DNA from: Mobula hypostoma
Lineage: Eukaryota
DNA length: 64,000 nt
NCBI RefSeq assembly: GCF_963921235.1
Contig: NC_086097.1
Coordinates: 148,182,001 to 148,246,000, forward strand
Direction of reading: 5' to 3'
Of the stretch, positions 51,888 through 64,000 are shown one piece after another. The notes under the pieces are model-generated. The model ran no database searches and was not told the origin of the DNA. It saw nothing but the letters and a program-made list of their open reading frames with translations. Position 1 is the stretch's first letter; each line of letters starts with the position of its first letter. Both the position numbers and the translations under genes were made by a program.

Positions 51888-53233
51888 TTAGATTAGGTTC
51901 AACTTTATTATCATTGTGCCGAGTACAGATACAAAGCCAATGAAATGCAGTTAGCATCTAACCAGAAATGCAAAGAATAGTGTTATTTAGATTATGAAGA
52001 CACACAGTCCTCTTTTATTGTCATTCAGTAATGCATGCATTAAGAAATGATACAATATTTCCTCTGGTGTAATACCACAAAACACAGGACAGACCAAGAC
52101 TGGAAAAACTGACAAAACCACATAATTATAACATATAGTTACAACAGTGCAACAATACCATAACTTGATGAAGAAGTCCATGGGCACAGTAAAAGTTCAA
52201 AGTTTCTCAAATGTCCCACATCTCACGCAGACGGGAGAAGGAAGAAAAACTCTCCTTGCCATGCCGACCACAGTCCGACTCTGAGTCATCCGAAAAGTTC
52301 GAGCTCTGATCAGCTCTCCGACACCGAGTACTGAGCGCCATCTCTGTCCGAACAATTCAACCTCAACCTCGGTCGCCAACAGCAGGCAAAGCCGGGGATT
52401 TTGAGGCTTACCCTCCGAAAGATTCCTGACCACGCAGTAACAACAGCAGTGAATGAGCGTTTCAGAAATTTCTCCAGATGTTCCTCTGTGCTTTCACATC
52501 CATTCTACATCAAATCAGAATTGTCCACGGCCCCTATTTACAGATACAATATCATTTTTCATCGGAGGGCTGCACACGCGCAGGCGCGCTGCTCTCTCTC
52601 CTCCTGCCGAAATAACCAAATAAAAATTAAGTGCTACGGCACACAAATATGAAAGTACTGAGACAGTACAATATGGGTGCAATACTGATTAGTGCTGTGA
52701 TGTGAGGTTCAGCAGGGTCCCAGCCTCAGGGAAGAAGCTCCTCCTGTGCCTGCTGGCGCGCGAGTGGAAGCTCCTGTAGCGCCTACCGGATGGGAGGAGA
52801 GTAAAAAGTCCATGGTTAGGGTGAGATGCATCCTTGATAATGCTTTTTGCCCTGTCCAGGCAGCACTTATGGTAGATTTTCTCAATCGTGGGCAATTGGG
52901 TGCCGATAATCTGCTGGGCAGTTTTAGCCACATGCTGGAGTGCTTTGCAGTCCGATACAGGACAATTGCCATACCACACTGAGATGCAGTTGGTGAGTAT
53001 GCTCTCAGTGGTGCAGTGGTGAAAGTCCATCAGTATCCTGGGACAGAGGTGAGCTTTCTTGATGCTCCACAGGAAATGAAGGCACTGTTGTGCCATTTTG
53101 ATCAGGATGGAGGAGTTCAGGGACCAGGTGAAATCCTCGGAAATGTGGACACCAAGGAATTTGAAGCTTGATACACGCTCCACTACAGCTCCTTTGATGT
53201 AGATGGTGACATGAGTGTGGCTCCTAGTGTGAT
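51888..53233 (-). mobile_element. Rex1/Babar LINE 3' fragment inserted in the Academ TIR
   Basis: ORF 52689-53183 ERVSSFKFLGVHISEDFTW..ESILTNCISVWYG..LLPSGRRYRS; the TIR resumes at about 53234. Confidence 0.9.
51988..52607 (-). mobile_element. Non-coding SINE-like element nested in the Rex tail
   Basis: CpG-rich head (gcagcgcgcctgcgcgtgtgcag), tail gacaataaaagaggactgtgtgtcttcataatct; interrupts the Rex 3' UTR. Confidence 0.6.
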
Positions 53234-53267
53234 ACGTGATAGCATTGCACCACTGGTAGCTTTATGT

Positions 53268-55845
53268 GTGCTCAGCTGTTATGTAGTAACGCTTGATAGC
53301 TCCAGCATTCAGGCTGAACTGTGATGTGCCTCCAGGAGTCTGTGTGTCATTGTTCACTGTGGCTTCAATAGCCTGGTCCACAGGGATCTGCCCAAAGGGG
53401 TTGTTACTTGACAGCTGCACTGAGAATTGGCCTGTCTTGAAGGCCTCATACACAGAAGGATTCTTCTCTAGGAGGTTCATCATCTGAGCAAAGTAAGGGG
53501 ACAGGTACCTGGCATAATTCATCTTATCATAGGCAAAGCACCATGGGATCATGGTTCTTATAGCATGGAGGTGCAATTCCCAGTCCCCCTCACGAGAGGC
53601 ACGCAGAAGCCCAAGTCAATGTATGATATCTACCATGTCAATGTATGATATCCAGAATGTGGATAGCTCTCCATTGTTGTGACGGAGGTGTTCCAGAAAG
53701 TCTGTCCACAGGGTTATCAGCTCAGCTAAGAGTGGACTTTGCAGCAGATTGTTCAACTTCTGTTAGTTCAAGTCGCTGACCATGTCGTTCACATGGTCTA
53801 AAAATGATTTGATCATCCCACTCCTCTCTGGAACGTTGTCCTCAACCCACGGTGTGATCTCTGCCCATGTGAGTCTCATGAGTGCTTCATAGATGTACTT
53901 GTGGACCCTGACAGCATAACTGTAGTGTTTACCATCAAGGACTCCATTGAAGGACCCCTCTGTGATAATTCCAGCCTCTATGCATACATCCTTTAGACCA
54001 GCATCCTGAAATCGCTTTCCTAGGATGGCTGAGGCATTACATATGGTATGGGATGTCCCCATCCTGAGAAGAATGTTGGAGAAGTGCTCTTTGTGCTTTC
54101 AGGCAATCTCAGTAGCTTTTGCATAGAGTGCTTGACCCATGACTACCACAATTGTTTCTAGATGAAGTTCCTTCCTGATTAGCTCTGATTGGTTCAGGAT
54201 TTCAAATACTGTGGTCAACTCTGTGGCTGGTGAGTTGAAGGTTGGCAGATACCCAACAATGTCCTGTGAGATTGGTTCTTGGTCCCTGGTGCTGATATTA
54301 AAACCAGTCCAGCTTGGGATTATCTGATTCTCTGGATCTGTTTTCCTTGTAAGTGTCCACACCAGGTTCTTCTTTCAGGCAAGAAGAGCCGCTTCCTTGG
54401 TTTCCTGCACACAGTGTTCCCTGTTTGGGAGAGGCTGTGGGCCCACATGTGCACCTGCTATATATACTTCCAGTTCTTGGTCCTCAACGGTGACTGATCT
54501 CTGCTTCAGTTTTTCACTGTGAGGAAGCTCAGCTCTTGGCAGATGTGGTCCATAGACATTTGCCTGTACCACTATGCCATTGACTCTATGTGATGTACTC
54601 TTTCCAGTGAGAGTTTCCTCAAGTCTATCGATATTGTCCCATGCAAGGTTGGTGAAGACATGAGGCCTGATGGAGGCTGGAAGTACAACTCTCTGGTTGG
54701 AGGCTGGTGCCAGCTTTTGGAGACACAGAGCAGTGTTGTTCTCTTCAAGTTGGGAGTAAGGCACCCCATGCCCAAGCCTGTTCAGTGTTTGAATGAGCTC
54801 AGTGTTATCCCTCAGTGTTTTTGCTGCATAAGGAAGTAGAAGGTGCTTCTGTGGTTTATGTTGACCACATGTCACAGCATATATTATATCCTGATTAATT
54901 GACTGAACCAGAGCAGTGACCCTCTGTGTTTGAGCCTTGGTGTCAGAATTTCCAGTGAGCAGTCCAACAAGAAGCCGCTCTAGTTGATCCGGTATGGAGG
55001 TGTGAGCACTATCTTTCACATCAGATGGATGGAATGGCCAGGAAGTCACAGTCTTCTCCTGTCTAATGATTGATCTGATATGTGATGAAATTTGATCTAT
55101 GATCTTGTCGAAATTGGTTGCCTTGGCCCTCCAAACTCTGAGTTCCCTCTGTAGAGTTTGATTTTCCAAGACAGCGTCCCTAAATGATACACTTTCAGAA
55201 ACCATTAACAATTTTCCTTTGTCATCTGGAAATATATCTACTGAATTGCCCAGCTCAGTTTCCTATGAAGGTGCTTCCTTGTAGAGTCTTGCAAGGAGTG
55301 TAACTCCACCAGATAGCATGAAAGATTCAAGTTTCGTGACCAGAGAAGTGACTTGTACAATCATCTTGTTGGGTATGATATCAGTTCTGATATACTTGAA
55401 AAGGGTCTTTATAGGCTTCCCTTTCAATCCTTTTATATAGTTCATCACCATCTGTTTCATCGTCATTCTCTTTGTACTCAGGTTCCTTTTTCTTGATTCT
55501 GGTATAATCCTTATAGCACGAAACATGATAGTGAGCCTCTGCAGCAACTATGTCTCTGCTTCTTACTGCTAGAATCTCTTCATCTTCCTTTTGGGTTGCA
55601 CATTTCCATAGTGTTTGGTCAGCTCTGAGTTGTACAGCTTGTGTAAGCTTTTCACTTGACTTGGAGCCCTTCAGAAATTTCACCTTATTACAAAAAATGC
55701 AGATTTGATCATACACCCTTGCTTCTGATGAAGATCTCCTACTTGCCCTTCTTGATGTATGGGTATTCTCATCAGCTTCATCAGTAATGCTTTCCTTGGC
55801 TTTCCTTTTCAGAGTCTCTAAGTCTCTCTTCATGGTGAAGAGGCT
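53268..55845 (-). pseudogene. Academ polyprotein N-terminal/transposase half, frameshifted
   Basis: CIFC..DIVAAEAHYHVSCY, AWDNID, PSWTGFN, YLPTFNSPAT, VMGQALYAKA (DQ-type motif mutated), RMGTSH, GKHYSYAVRVHK, PWCFAYDKMNYARYL. Confidence 0.85.
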
Positions 55846-56279
55846 TACACACAGAAAGCTACCACTGCTGCAATGCTATCACATATTTTCTAGCACTAGG
55901 GGTGTATACCTTGCCAAAAATCACTATAAGAATTTTTCCCCCCAGATGGTACCGATGGCCCAAATTTGAGGTCCTGGCTCATGGACTAATTATTGTACAT
56001 GTACCTAGGTGCAAGGACCACAATGAGGTAGACTGGGAGATGAAGTGTTCATCCTTCAGCACACAAGAGGTCCATTTAAGAGTCTGATAACAGCAGGATA
56101 GAAGGAAACCATGAGTCTAGTTTATAATGCATGCTCACATACTTTTGTATCTTCTACCTGACAAGAGGGGGAGAAGAGAAAATAACCAGCGTGGAAGGAG
56201 TCCTTGATTTTATTGCCTTTTTCCAAGGCAGTGGGAAGTGTAGACAGAGGCAATGGAGGAGAGGCTGATTTACTTATTT

Positions 56280-56745
56280 TTACAGCATAGAACAGACCCT
56301 TCTGGCCCTTCGAACTGTGCTGCCAGCAACCCACCGATTTAACCCCAGCCTGATCATAGGACGATGCTGGCGGTGGCATCTGCACCAGACTTCGAGGGAA
56401 GTGTCCCGGGTTCGAGTCCAGCCGACTCCTTGCTCGCTTTCCATCCATGCTGGGTTGAGTGTCGAACTAGCAACTTGGCCTTATAAAAAACAGACAAAAT
56501 GCTAAAGAAATGGCAAGCTTGTCGCCTGATGTGCCACAAGGTGTGAAAGGAACAACAACAATCACGGTACAATTTACAATGACCAATTAGCCTACTAACC
56601 AATTAATCTTTAGGCTATGGGTAGAAACCAGAGGACCTAGAGAAAATTTACACATTCCATATGGGAATGAAACTTCTTATAGAGGACCATGGGAATGACA
56701 TCCAAATTCTGACACCCCGAGCTGTAATAGCTAACTTCTGCACTA
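56280..56745. mobile_element. V-SINE-type fragment (-) containing a tRNA-derived SINE (+, about 56360-56562)
   Basis: Box B GGTTCGAGTCC and (ACA)n tail inside ..ccaattagcctact..gaaaccagaggacc. Confidence 0.65.
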
Positions 56746-57277
56746 ATGTGGTGTGCCTGATAGACTGGGTTACATTCGAAACTTCACACAATTCCTTGCG
56801 GTCTTTGGCAGAGCAGTTGCCATACCAAGCCTGGATATATCTCGATAGGCTGCCTACTATGGTGCATCTATAAAAATTGGTGGGAAATGCAAATCTTTTG
56901 AGCTTTCTTTGAAACTAAGTCACTGGTGTGCCTTTTTAGCCTTAGCACCCACAGCTGGACCGGGATAAACTGTTGGTGATATTTAGTAAGGGGGTAGAAG
57001 GCACAACCTTTCAGAATGCCACTTCTGATGAAGAGGCCTTTGTCCTAATTCCTTCAGTAAGTGATCGTCTATTAATTAAGTAACTTATTCTAAGTAGCAT
57101 TTGCTAATACAATAATAATGATGATACCGATCTTCCCAAGAAATTTTAAACAAGACTGCACAACCCTCAACATGTTGGCCTATGACATTATTTCTAAGAA
57201 TTCTCCACAGTGTCCTTGCTAGTGCTTGCCCAATACTGTTAGTAAGGTATTTGCAGAGGACACCCTTTGCAAATTAA

Positions 57278-58560
57278 TGCAACATACATCAAAGTTGCTG
57301 GTGAACGCAGCAGGCCAAGCAGCATCTATAGGAAGAGGTGCAGTCGACGTTTCAGGCCGAGACCCTTCGTCAGGACTAACTGAAGGAAGAGTGAGTAAGG
57401 GATTTGAAAGTTGGAGGGGGAGGGGGAGATCCAAAATGATAGGAGAAGACAGGAGGGGGAGGGATAGAGCCGAGAGCTGGACAGGTGATAGGCAAAAGGG
57501 GATACGAGAGGATCATGGGACAGGAGGTCCGGGAAGAAAGACAAAGGGGGGGGGTGACCCAGAGGATGGGCAAGAGGTATATTCAGAGGGACAGAGGGAG
57601 AAAAAGGAGAGTGAGAGAAAGAATGTGTGCATAAAAATGAGTAACAGATGGGGTACGAGGGGGAGGTGGGGCCTTAGCGGAAGTTAGAGAAGTCGATGTT
57701 CATGCCATCAGGTTGGAGGCTACCCAGACGGAATATAAGGTGTTGTTCCTCCAACCTGAGTGTGGCTTCATCTCCACAGTAGAGGAGGCCGTGGACAGAC
57801 ATGTCAGAATGGGAATGGGATGTGGAATTAAAATGTGTGGCCACTGGGAGATCCTGCTTTCTCTGGCGGACAGAGCGTAGATGTTCAGCAAAGCGGTCTC
57901 CCAGTCTGCATCGGGTCTCACCAATATATAAAAGGCCACATCGGGAGCACCGGACGCAGTATATCACCCCAGTCGACTCACAGGTGAAGTGATGCCTCAC
58001 CTGGAAGGACTGTTTGGGGCCCTGAATGGTGGTAAGGGAGGAAGTGTAAGGGCATGTGTAGCACTTGTTCCGCTTACACGGATAAGTGCCAGGAGGGAGA
58101 TCAGTGGGGAGGGATGGGGGGGACGAATGGACAAGGGAGTTGTGTAGGGAGCGATCCCTGCAGAATGCAGAGAGACGGGGGGAGGGAAAGATGTGCTTAG
58201 TGGTGGGATCCCATTGGAGGTGGCTTAAGTTACGGAGAATAATATGTTGGACCCGAAGGCTGGTGGGGTGGTAGGTGAGGACCAGGGGAACCCTATTCCT
58301 AGTGGGGTGGCGGGAGGATGGAGTGAGAGCAGATGTACGTGAAATGGGGGAGATACATTTAAGAGCAGAGTTGATAGTGGAGGAAGGGAAGCCCCTTTCT
58401 TTAAAAAAGGAAGACATCTCCCTCGTCCTAGAATGAAAAGCCTCATCCTGAGAGCAGATGCGGCGGAGACGGAGGAATTGCGAGAAGGGGATGGCGTTTT
58501 TGCAAGAGACAGGGTGAGAAGAGGAATAGTCCAGATAGCTGTGAGAGTCAGTAGGCTTAT
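57278..58560 (-). mobile_element. Penelope-like element, 5'-truncated: RT thumb + GIY-YIG, open to the stop at 57674
   Basis: YKPTDSHSYLDYSSSHP, PFSQFLRLRRICS, GVIYCVRCSRCGLLYIGET..LGDRFAEH, LQPDGMN. Confidence 0.95.
57342..57377 (-). ncRNA. Minimal type I hammerhead ribozyme
   Basis: AGUC-CUGACGA-AGG gucucgg CCU-GAAA-C-GUC-GACU: intact core, stems I and II, palindromic minimal stem III. Confidence 0.8.
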
Positions 58561-59200
58561 AACTCCTAGAGATTATATTCTTCAGCATGTACCATGGGAT
58601 AATCAGGGAAGAGTACAGTGATGTACTGAAACGTCTCAAATTTTATGAAAGAGGAACCGTTGGTAGTCTTGTGGGACATAAAGGTGGACAATCTCTGAGG
58701 ATTGACAAGTATGTCCCATAACATTGTGGGGCTCTGGCAGAAATCTTTGTATCCTCCTTAGTTTGGGCGAGGAACTGAAAGCCTTTACTTAAGCAACGTT
58801 GCAAGGACAAGGCAAGAATCTGTGATCTAGTGAGTTTAAAATCAAAGTTATTTGAGAGATTCTGAGAGATAAAATCTAACTGTATTTGGGAAGGCGAGGA
58901 ATAGTCAACACAACTTCGTTCATGGGAATTGTGTCTCAAAGATTTAATTGGATCCTTTGAAGGGTTGACCAAGAGGATTGATAAGGGCTGGGTGGGAGAT
59001 ATAGTCTATTTTGACCGACTAGGTCCCATATTGTCCGATGAAGAGTGAACTAACTAAATATATACAATATTATTGATGGGCAGAGTGAGTCAGAGGATGA
59101 AGGCAAATGTTGCTTTTTTTAGAATGGAGATGACGACCAGAGATGTATCTTAAGGATTGGTGCTGAGTCCCATGTATTACATACACGCACGTGCGCGCGT

Positions 59201-59249
59201 ATACACACACACTCACTCACACTCACACACACACACACACACACACATA

Positions 59250-59285
<36 letters not shown>
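59201..59285. repeat. (CA)n microsatellite
   Basis: Direct observation. Confidence 0.95.
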
Positions 59286-59287
<2 letters not shown>

Positions 59288-59494
59288 ATTTGGTTAACAA
59301 TGCAGGTAGCATGATTAGTCAATGTGAGAATCACACCAGTGGAGAAGGTTGTCTGAAGTTACAACAGGATCAGCTGGCAAAGTGGGCAAAGGAATAGTAG
59401 ATGGAATTTAACTAAAAAAAGCAAAATTATCTATTATGGGAAGTTAAGCAATGAAAGTTCAAAGTTCAGAATAAATTTATTATCGAAGTGCATA

Positions 59495-60045
59495 CACTCA
59501 GTGGCCACTATATTAGATAACTCTTGTACCTAATAAAGTGGTCACTAAGTGTATGTTCAAGGTCTTTCGCTTCTGTAGCCCATCCACTTCAAGGCTTGTC
59601 ATGTTATGCATTCAGAAATGTTCTTCTGTACATCACTGTTGTAAAGCTTGGTTATCTGAGTTACTGTCACCTTCCTGTAAGCTTGAACGAGTCTGACCAT
59701 TCCCCTCTGCTCTCTCTCATTAACAAGACATTTTCACACACAGAACTGAAACTCACTGACTGATTATTTTTACACCATTCTCTGTAAAAACTGGAGACAT
59801 GTTGTGTGTGAAAATCCCAGGAGGTCTGCAGTTTCACCCCGTCTGGCGCCAACAATTATGCCATGGTCAAAGTCATCTGGATCACATTTCTTCACTTTTC
59901 TTATGTTTATTCTGAACAGCAAAAGAACCTCTTGACCATGTCAGCATGCTTTTATACACTGAGTTGCTGCCACATGATTGGCTGATTAGATATTTGTATT
60001 AATAAGTAGGTATGCAAGTGTACCTAATAAAGTGGCCACTGAGTG
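59495..60045 (-). mobile_element. Non-autonomous Tc1/mariner element nested in a Rex tail (about 59455-60450)
   Basis: TIR CACTCAGTGGCCACT.TATTAG at both ends, preceded by TA; extra inverted TIR at about 59525-59552; same family as 32042-32518. Confidence 0.85.
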
Positions 60046-60454
60046 TGTATGTTACCATATACTACCTTGAGATTACTTTTCTTGCCTGCATTTACAGGAA
60101 AATAAAGAAATACAAAATATTTTATGAAAAATATACATAAATTGACGAAGACTGAAAGCAACAAGTGTGCAAAAGAAGATAAACTGAGCAAAACAAATAC
60201 TGAGAACATGAGTTATGAAGAATCCTTGAAGTGAGTCTGTAGGTGATGGCCATTGATGGAAACCACTTTATTGTGGTAATGTTCCATGTAGATGTATTCA
60301 ATGATTGGGCAGGCTTTGCTTGTGATGGACTGGGCTGTATCCACCATTTTCTGTGGCTTTTTCTAATCCTGGGCAATGAATGGTGTTGCCAATCCTGAGC
60401 ACACCAGGCTCTGATGCAACCAGTCAGGATATCCTCCACTCCTCTCACTGACCC

Positions 60455-62135
60455 CTCACTGTGTAAAACCTACTTTGGTTGGTCCTCTCAAAGTGCAACA
60501 CCTCAGACTTCTTTGCATTAAATTCCATCAAAAATTTTTCACCTCTTTTTTTTTAGCTGATCCACATCCTGCTGCAAGCTTTGTTGGTCTTCCTTGCTGT
60601 CCACTACATCTCTGATCTTGGTGTTGTCCGCAAATTTGCTGATCGAGTTAACCCCATTGTCATCCAGATTGTTGATATCGATAACAAACAACAACAGAAG
60701 GAGCACTAATCTCTGCGGCGCTCCACGAGTCACAGGCCTCCAGTCAGAGAAGCAATCCTCGGCTACCACTCTCTGGCTTCTCCCACAAAGCCAATGTCCA
60801 ATCCAATTTACTACATCATCTTGAATGCTAGGAGACTAAACCTTCTTGACCAATCTCCCATGAGGGATCTTGTCAAATGTCTTGCTGAATTCCATGTAGA
60901 CAACATTCACTGCCTTTCCTGGTAATATCCTGGAAAATCACGATAAGCTTGGTTAGACACAACCTACCACACTGAAAGCCATCCTGGCTATCTCTAATCA
61001 ATCCTTGTCTATACAAATACTCATGCATCCAGTCTCTTAGAATACCTTCCAATAACATTCGAACTTCTGATAACAGGCTGAACTACTTATAATTTCCTGA
61101 TTTATTCTTGGAGTTTTCCTTAAACAGCGGAACAACATTAGCTATCCTCCAATCTTCCAGGATCTCACTAATCACTAAGGATGATTTAAATATTCTGCTC
61201 AGGTCCCTTCAATTTCTGCACTTGCCTCCCACAGGACCTAAGGGAACATTTAGTCAGGAGATTTGTCCACCCTGATTTGCCTCATCGCAGCAAACATTTC
61301 TTCCTCTGTAATCTGTACGGTGTCCATGACCACGCTACTGCTTTGCCTCACTTCTATAGACCTCTGTGTTTATCTTTTGAGTAAATTTGTTGTTATTCAG
61401 TCATTAAGTCGTCCAAATCTTTGTGACCTCATGGACTTTTCCATAAGGTTTTCTTGGCAAATTACTGGAGTGGGTTGCCATTTCCTTCTCCAGTGGACCA
61501 TATTTAGTCTGATCTCTCTGCCATGACCTGTCCATCTTGAGTAGCTCTATATGGTATAGCTTATAGTGTCACTGAGATACACAAGCCCCCTCACCACGAC
61601 AAGGTAATGGTCCATGAGGAGGTCCGAGCAGATACGATGCAAAAAAATGCATTTAACATCTCCCCCATCTCTTTTGGCTCCATGCACAGATTACCATTCT
61701 GATCTTTTAGAGGACCAAATTTGTCCCCTGCAATCCTTTTGCTCTCAACATATCTGTAGGAGCCCTTAAGATTCTCCTTCACCTTGTCTGCTAAAGCAAC
61801 CTAATGCCTTCTTTCAACCCTCTTGCTTTCTTCCTTAAGTGCTCTCTTGTATTTCTTATACTCCTCAAATACCTTTTTTTCCTACCTGCCTTTACATGCT
61901 CTTTACTTTTTTTTATATCCTTAACCAGAACCTCAATATCTCTCAAAAACTAAGGTTCCCTAAATTTGTTTTCCTTCCCTTCTATTCTGACAAGCAAATA
62001 CAAGCTTTGTACTCTCAAAATTTCAATTTTGAATGCCTCTCATTTACCAGGTACAGCTTTGCCAGAAATCAGCCTGTCCCAATCTACACTTGCCAGTCCC
62101 TTTCTGATGCCATCAAAATTGGACATTCTCCAATT
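60455..62135 (-). mobile_element. CR1 ORF2 fragment
   Basis: SDWRPVTRGAPQ..ISKFADNTKI; GLIRDSQDGF; EPKEMGEMLN. Confidence 0.85.
61388..61622 (-). mobile_element. BovB(RTE)-like short non-autonomous element
   Basis: tactggagtgggttgccatttccttctccag and cagtc..agtcgtcc..tctttgtgacc.catggac resemble BovB/Bov-A termini; (CAA)-type tail; interrupts the CR1. Confidence 0.65.
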
Positions 62136-64000
62136 TCAAAGTTCAAAGTAAGCTTATTATCAATGTACGTATGTTTCAAAGGTTTCAATGGTACACTTAA
62201 TGTCAGAGAAATGTATACAATATACATCCTGAAATGCTTTTTCTTTGCAACCATCTACGAAAAAAGAGGAGTGCCTCCAAAGAATGAATAACAGTTAAAT
62301 GTTAGAACCCCAAAGCCCCCCCAGCCCCCCCTCCTGTGCATAAGCAGCAGCAAGCAACGATCCCCCTCCCCCACCAGTAAAAAAAAGCATCAGCACCCAC
62401 CACCGAGCATTCAAGCCTGCAGCAAAGCAACTGCAAAGGCACAGACTTGCAGTACCCCAAAGACTACTTGTTCACCCAGTATGCAACATACCACAAGCTC
62501 TCTCCCTAATGAGGGAAAAAGAGGTGTCTCCATTTTAATACTAACAATGTACTCCAACAATCAATACTGACATTCATTTTCTTATGGGCATGTTCAATAA
62601 ATCTATAGAATAATAACCATAACAGAATCAATGAAAGACTGCACCAACTCGGGTGTTCAACCAATGTGCAAAACAAAACAAAATATGCAAATACAAAAAT
62701 AAATAAATAATAATAAATAAATGAGCAATAAATATCGAGCACATGAGATGAAGAGTTCTTAAAAGTGAGTCCATTGGTTGTGGAAACATTTCAGTTTCGG
62801 GTCAAATGAAGTTATGTGAAGTTATCCCCTTTGTCAAGTCAAGTCAAGTTTATTGTCATTTTAGCTATATACATATACATAACGTGTAACAAAACAATGT
62901 ATATAGAAATGAGACGACGTTTCTTCAAACCAGGGTGTGAAGCACAGTCGTACACATAACATGCAAAAACTTATGAAGGTAAGGGTAAGATCTACAGATG
63001 ATTCACACATAAATAACAAACTAAAGTGCATTAATTTTAAATATTGAAAGATAAGCAACAAATTAATAAGTGACACTTTGAATACAATGTGGCGGGGAGT
63101 TCAGAGGCCTACTGGCCTGGGGAGAGACACTGTTTCTCATCCAGACCATTCTTGTTTTTCTGCATTGTAGTCGCCTGTCTGATGGCAGAAAGTCAAAGAG
63201 GATGCTGGATGGATGGATGGGATCCTTAATAATACTGGTGTTCGTCCACCGTTGACGTCGATGAGGACCTCGACACCATTATGATGTGCGAGACTAGCGC
63301 GTGATTTGGATTTAAGTGAGGGAGAGTTGCGCAGCATCAGCCTCACTCTCTCTTCCCAATTCCCATCTGGATCCAGTGGCAAGACAGAGTTGAGACGTCT
63401 GGAGATAGGACTAGGTGCAGTGGATGACCAGGACGTCTTCTGTGTCTTGTCCTGCTCTACACGTTCCACGACGCTTGCAGAGACCGCCTTCTTGACCGTT
63501 GGACCTTCCATTGATCTCGTCCGCTCAATCCGCCGTAGTCTGTCTTCACATGCTGGGATAGACAACTCCCTATCTCACCGAAGATTTGAGACCCGTTGGC
63601 TACCCTCAACTGGTTTAGCCGGCTTGTCGAAGCCATTGCCCAGGGTGTGGCCGCTGTCGCATGCAAACAACTACGGGGAGCCACAGGTGAGAGCTGAGTG
63701 CCAGGTGGGGACCAAAGGTGGACTAACCACCTTGAAAAGAACACGACATGTTCCCCCACCAGAGGTGCTATCCCTCCCTGACACCCCATACACCCCTTAA
63801 AACTAAGGGCCCTGCAATGCAGCGCTCCTGGTACATGTCCCCGATGGATGGTAGGGAGACCTCTATGATCTTTTCAGCTGTTTTCACCGTAGGGACTTCT
63901 GGTCCAATGCTTGACTGCTTCCATACCAGAATGCTCTCGATGGTGCTCCTGTAAAACACAGTTAAGATGTGGGGTGGGAGCCTGGATTGCCTCAATCGTC
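62136..64000 (-). mobile_element. Stacked Rex-type tails and Rex ORF fragment, interrupted at about 63237-63797 by another interspersed repeat
   Basis: LTVFYRSTIESIL..VKTAEKII..LPSIGDMYQERC at 63800-63995 continues after the insertion; flank similarity ccttaataatact / ccttaaaact. Confidence 0.7.

Larger units (their letters stand above)
51792..55988 (-). mobile_element. Academ DNA transposon, copy 2, retains 5' half of coding region; 3' TIR split by nested insertions
   Basis: TAG...CTA termini; 3-bp TSD ATT (51789-51791, 55989-55991); TIRs homologous to copy 1. Confidence 0.88.

Noticed and set aside
10218..53593. A 43-kb inversion between an Academ MITE and a full-length Academ, which would neatly explain the complementary halves and keep the TSDs consistent
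   Set aside because: The flanks of copy 2 (..aattggtaaactgctt-ATT-attgtacatgtacctaggtgcaagg..) read as one continuous Rex-type tail in the present orientation, so the intervening DNA does not look inverted; synteny would settle it
10081..55988. Composite 46-kb macro-transposon bounded by the two outer TIRs
   Set aside because: Outer flanks are AAT and ATT, not a direct duplication, and each copy has its own TSD
58561..58639. N-terminus of the 321-aa Penelope ORF
   Set aside because: Chance read-through into flanking decayed sequence beyond the truncation point
63137..63800. Overlapping 142-164 aa ORFs as genes
   Set aside because: No recognisable domain; they lie in a GC-rich repeat inserted in a Rex fragment

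Overview
Eukaryotic, repeat-dominated 64-kb window, most likely intronic or intergenic DNA of a cartilaginous fish (ray/shark). That assignment is inferred from HE1/V-SINE-type SINE bodies and the mix of CR1, Rex1/Babar, RTE and Penelope elements. No host gene could be identified; only three weak micro-exon candidates were seen. Main contents: (i) two internally deleted, oppositely oriented copies of one Academ (AcademX-type: transposase + XPG/FEN1-like nuclease + Cys-rich tail) DNA transposon, whose retained halves are complementary and overlap by about 325 bp; (ii) a near full-length CR1 LINE with a tandem 172-bp 5' promoter monomer, an intact esterase ORF1, and a canonical T TTA AAC -1 slippery site just before the ORF1 stop that leads into an ATG-less ORF2; (iii) a complete but dead hAT transposon (8-bp TSD) carrying a solo LTR; (iv) Penelope fragments, one with an intact minimal hammerhead ribozyme; (v) a Hero-type RLE retrotransposon 3' end, Tc1 MITEs, a BovB-like short element, and many nested LINE/SINE fragments. 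Boundaries of old fragments are approximate. All family calls come from motif recognition by eye, not database searches.
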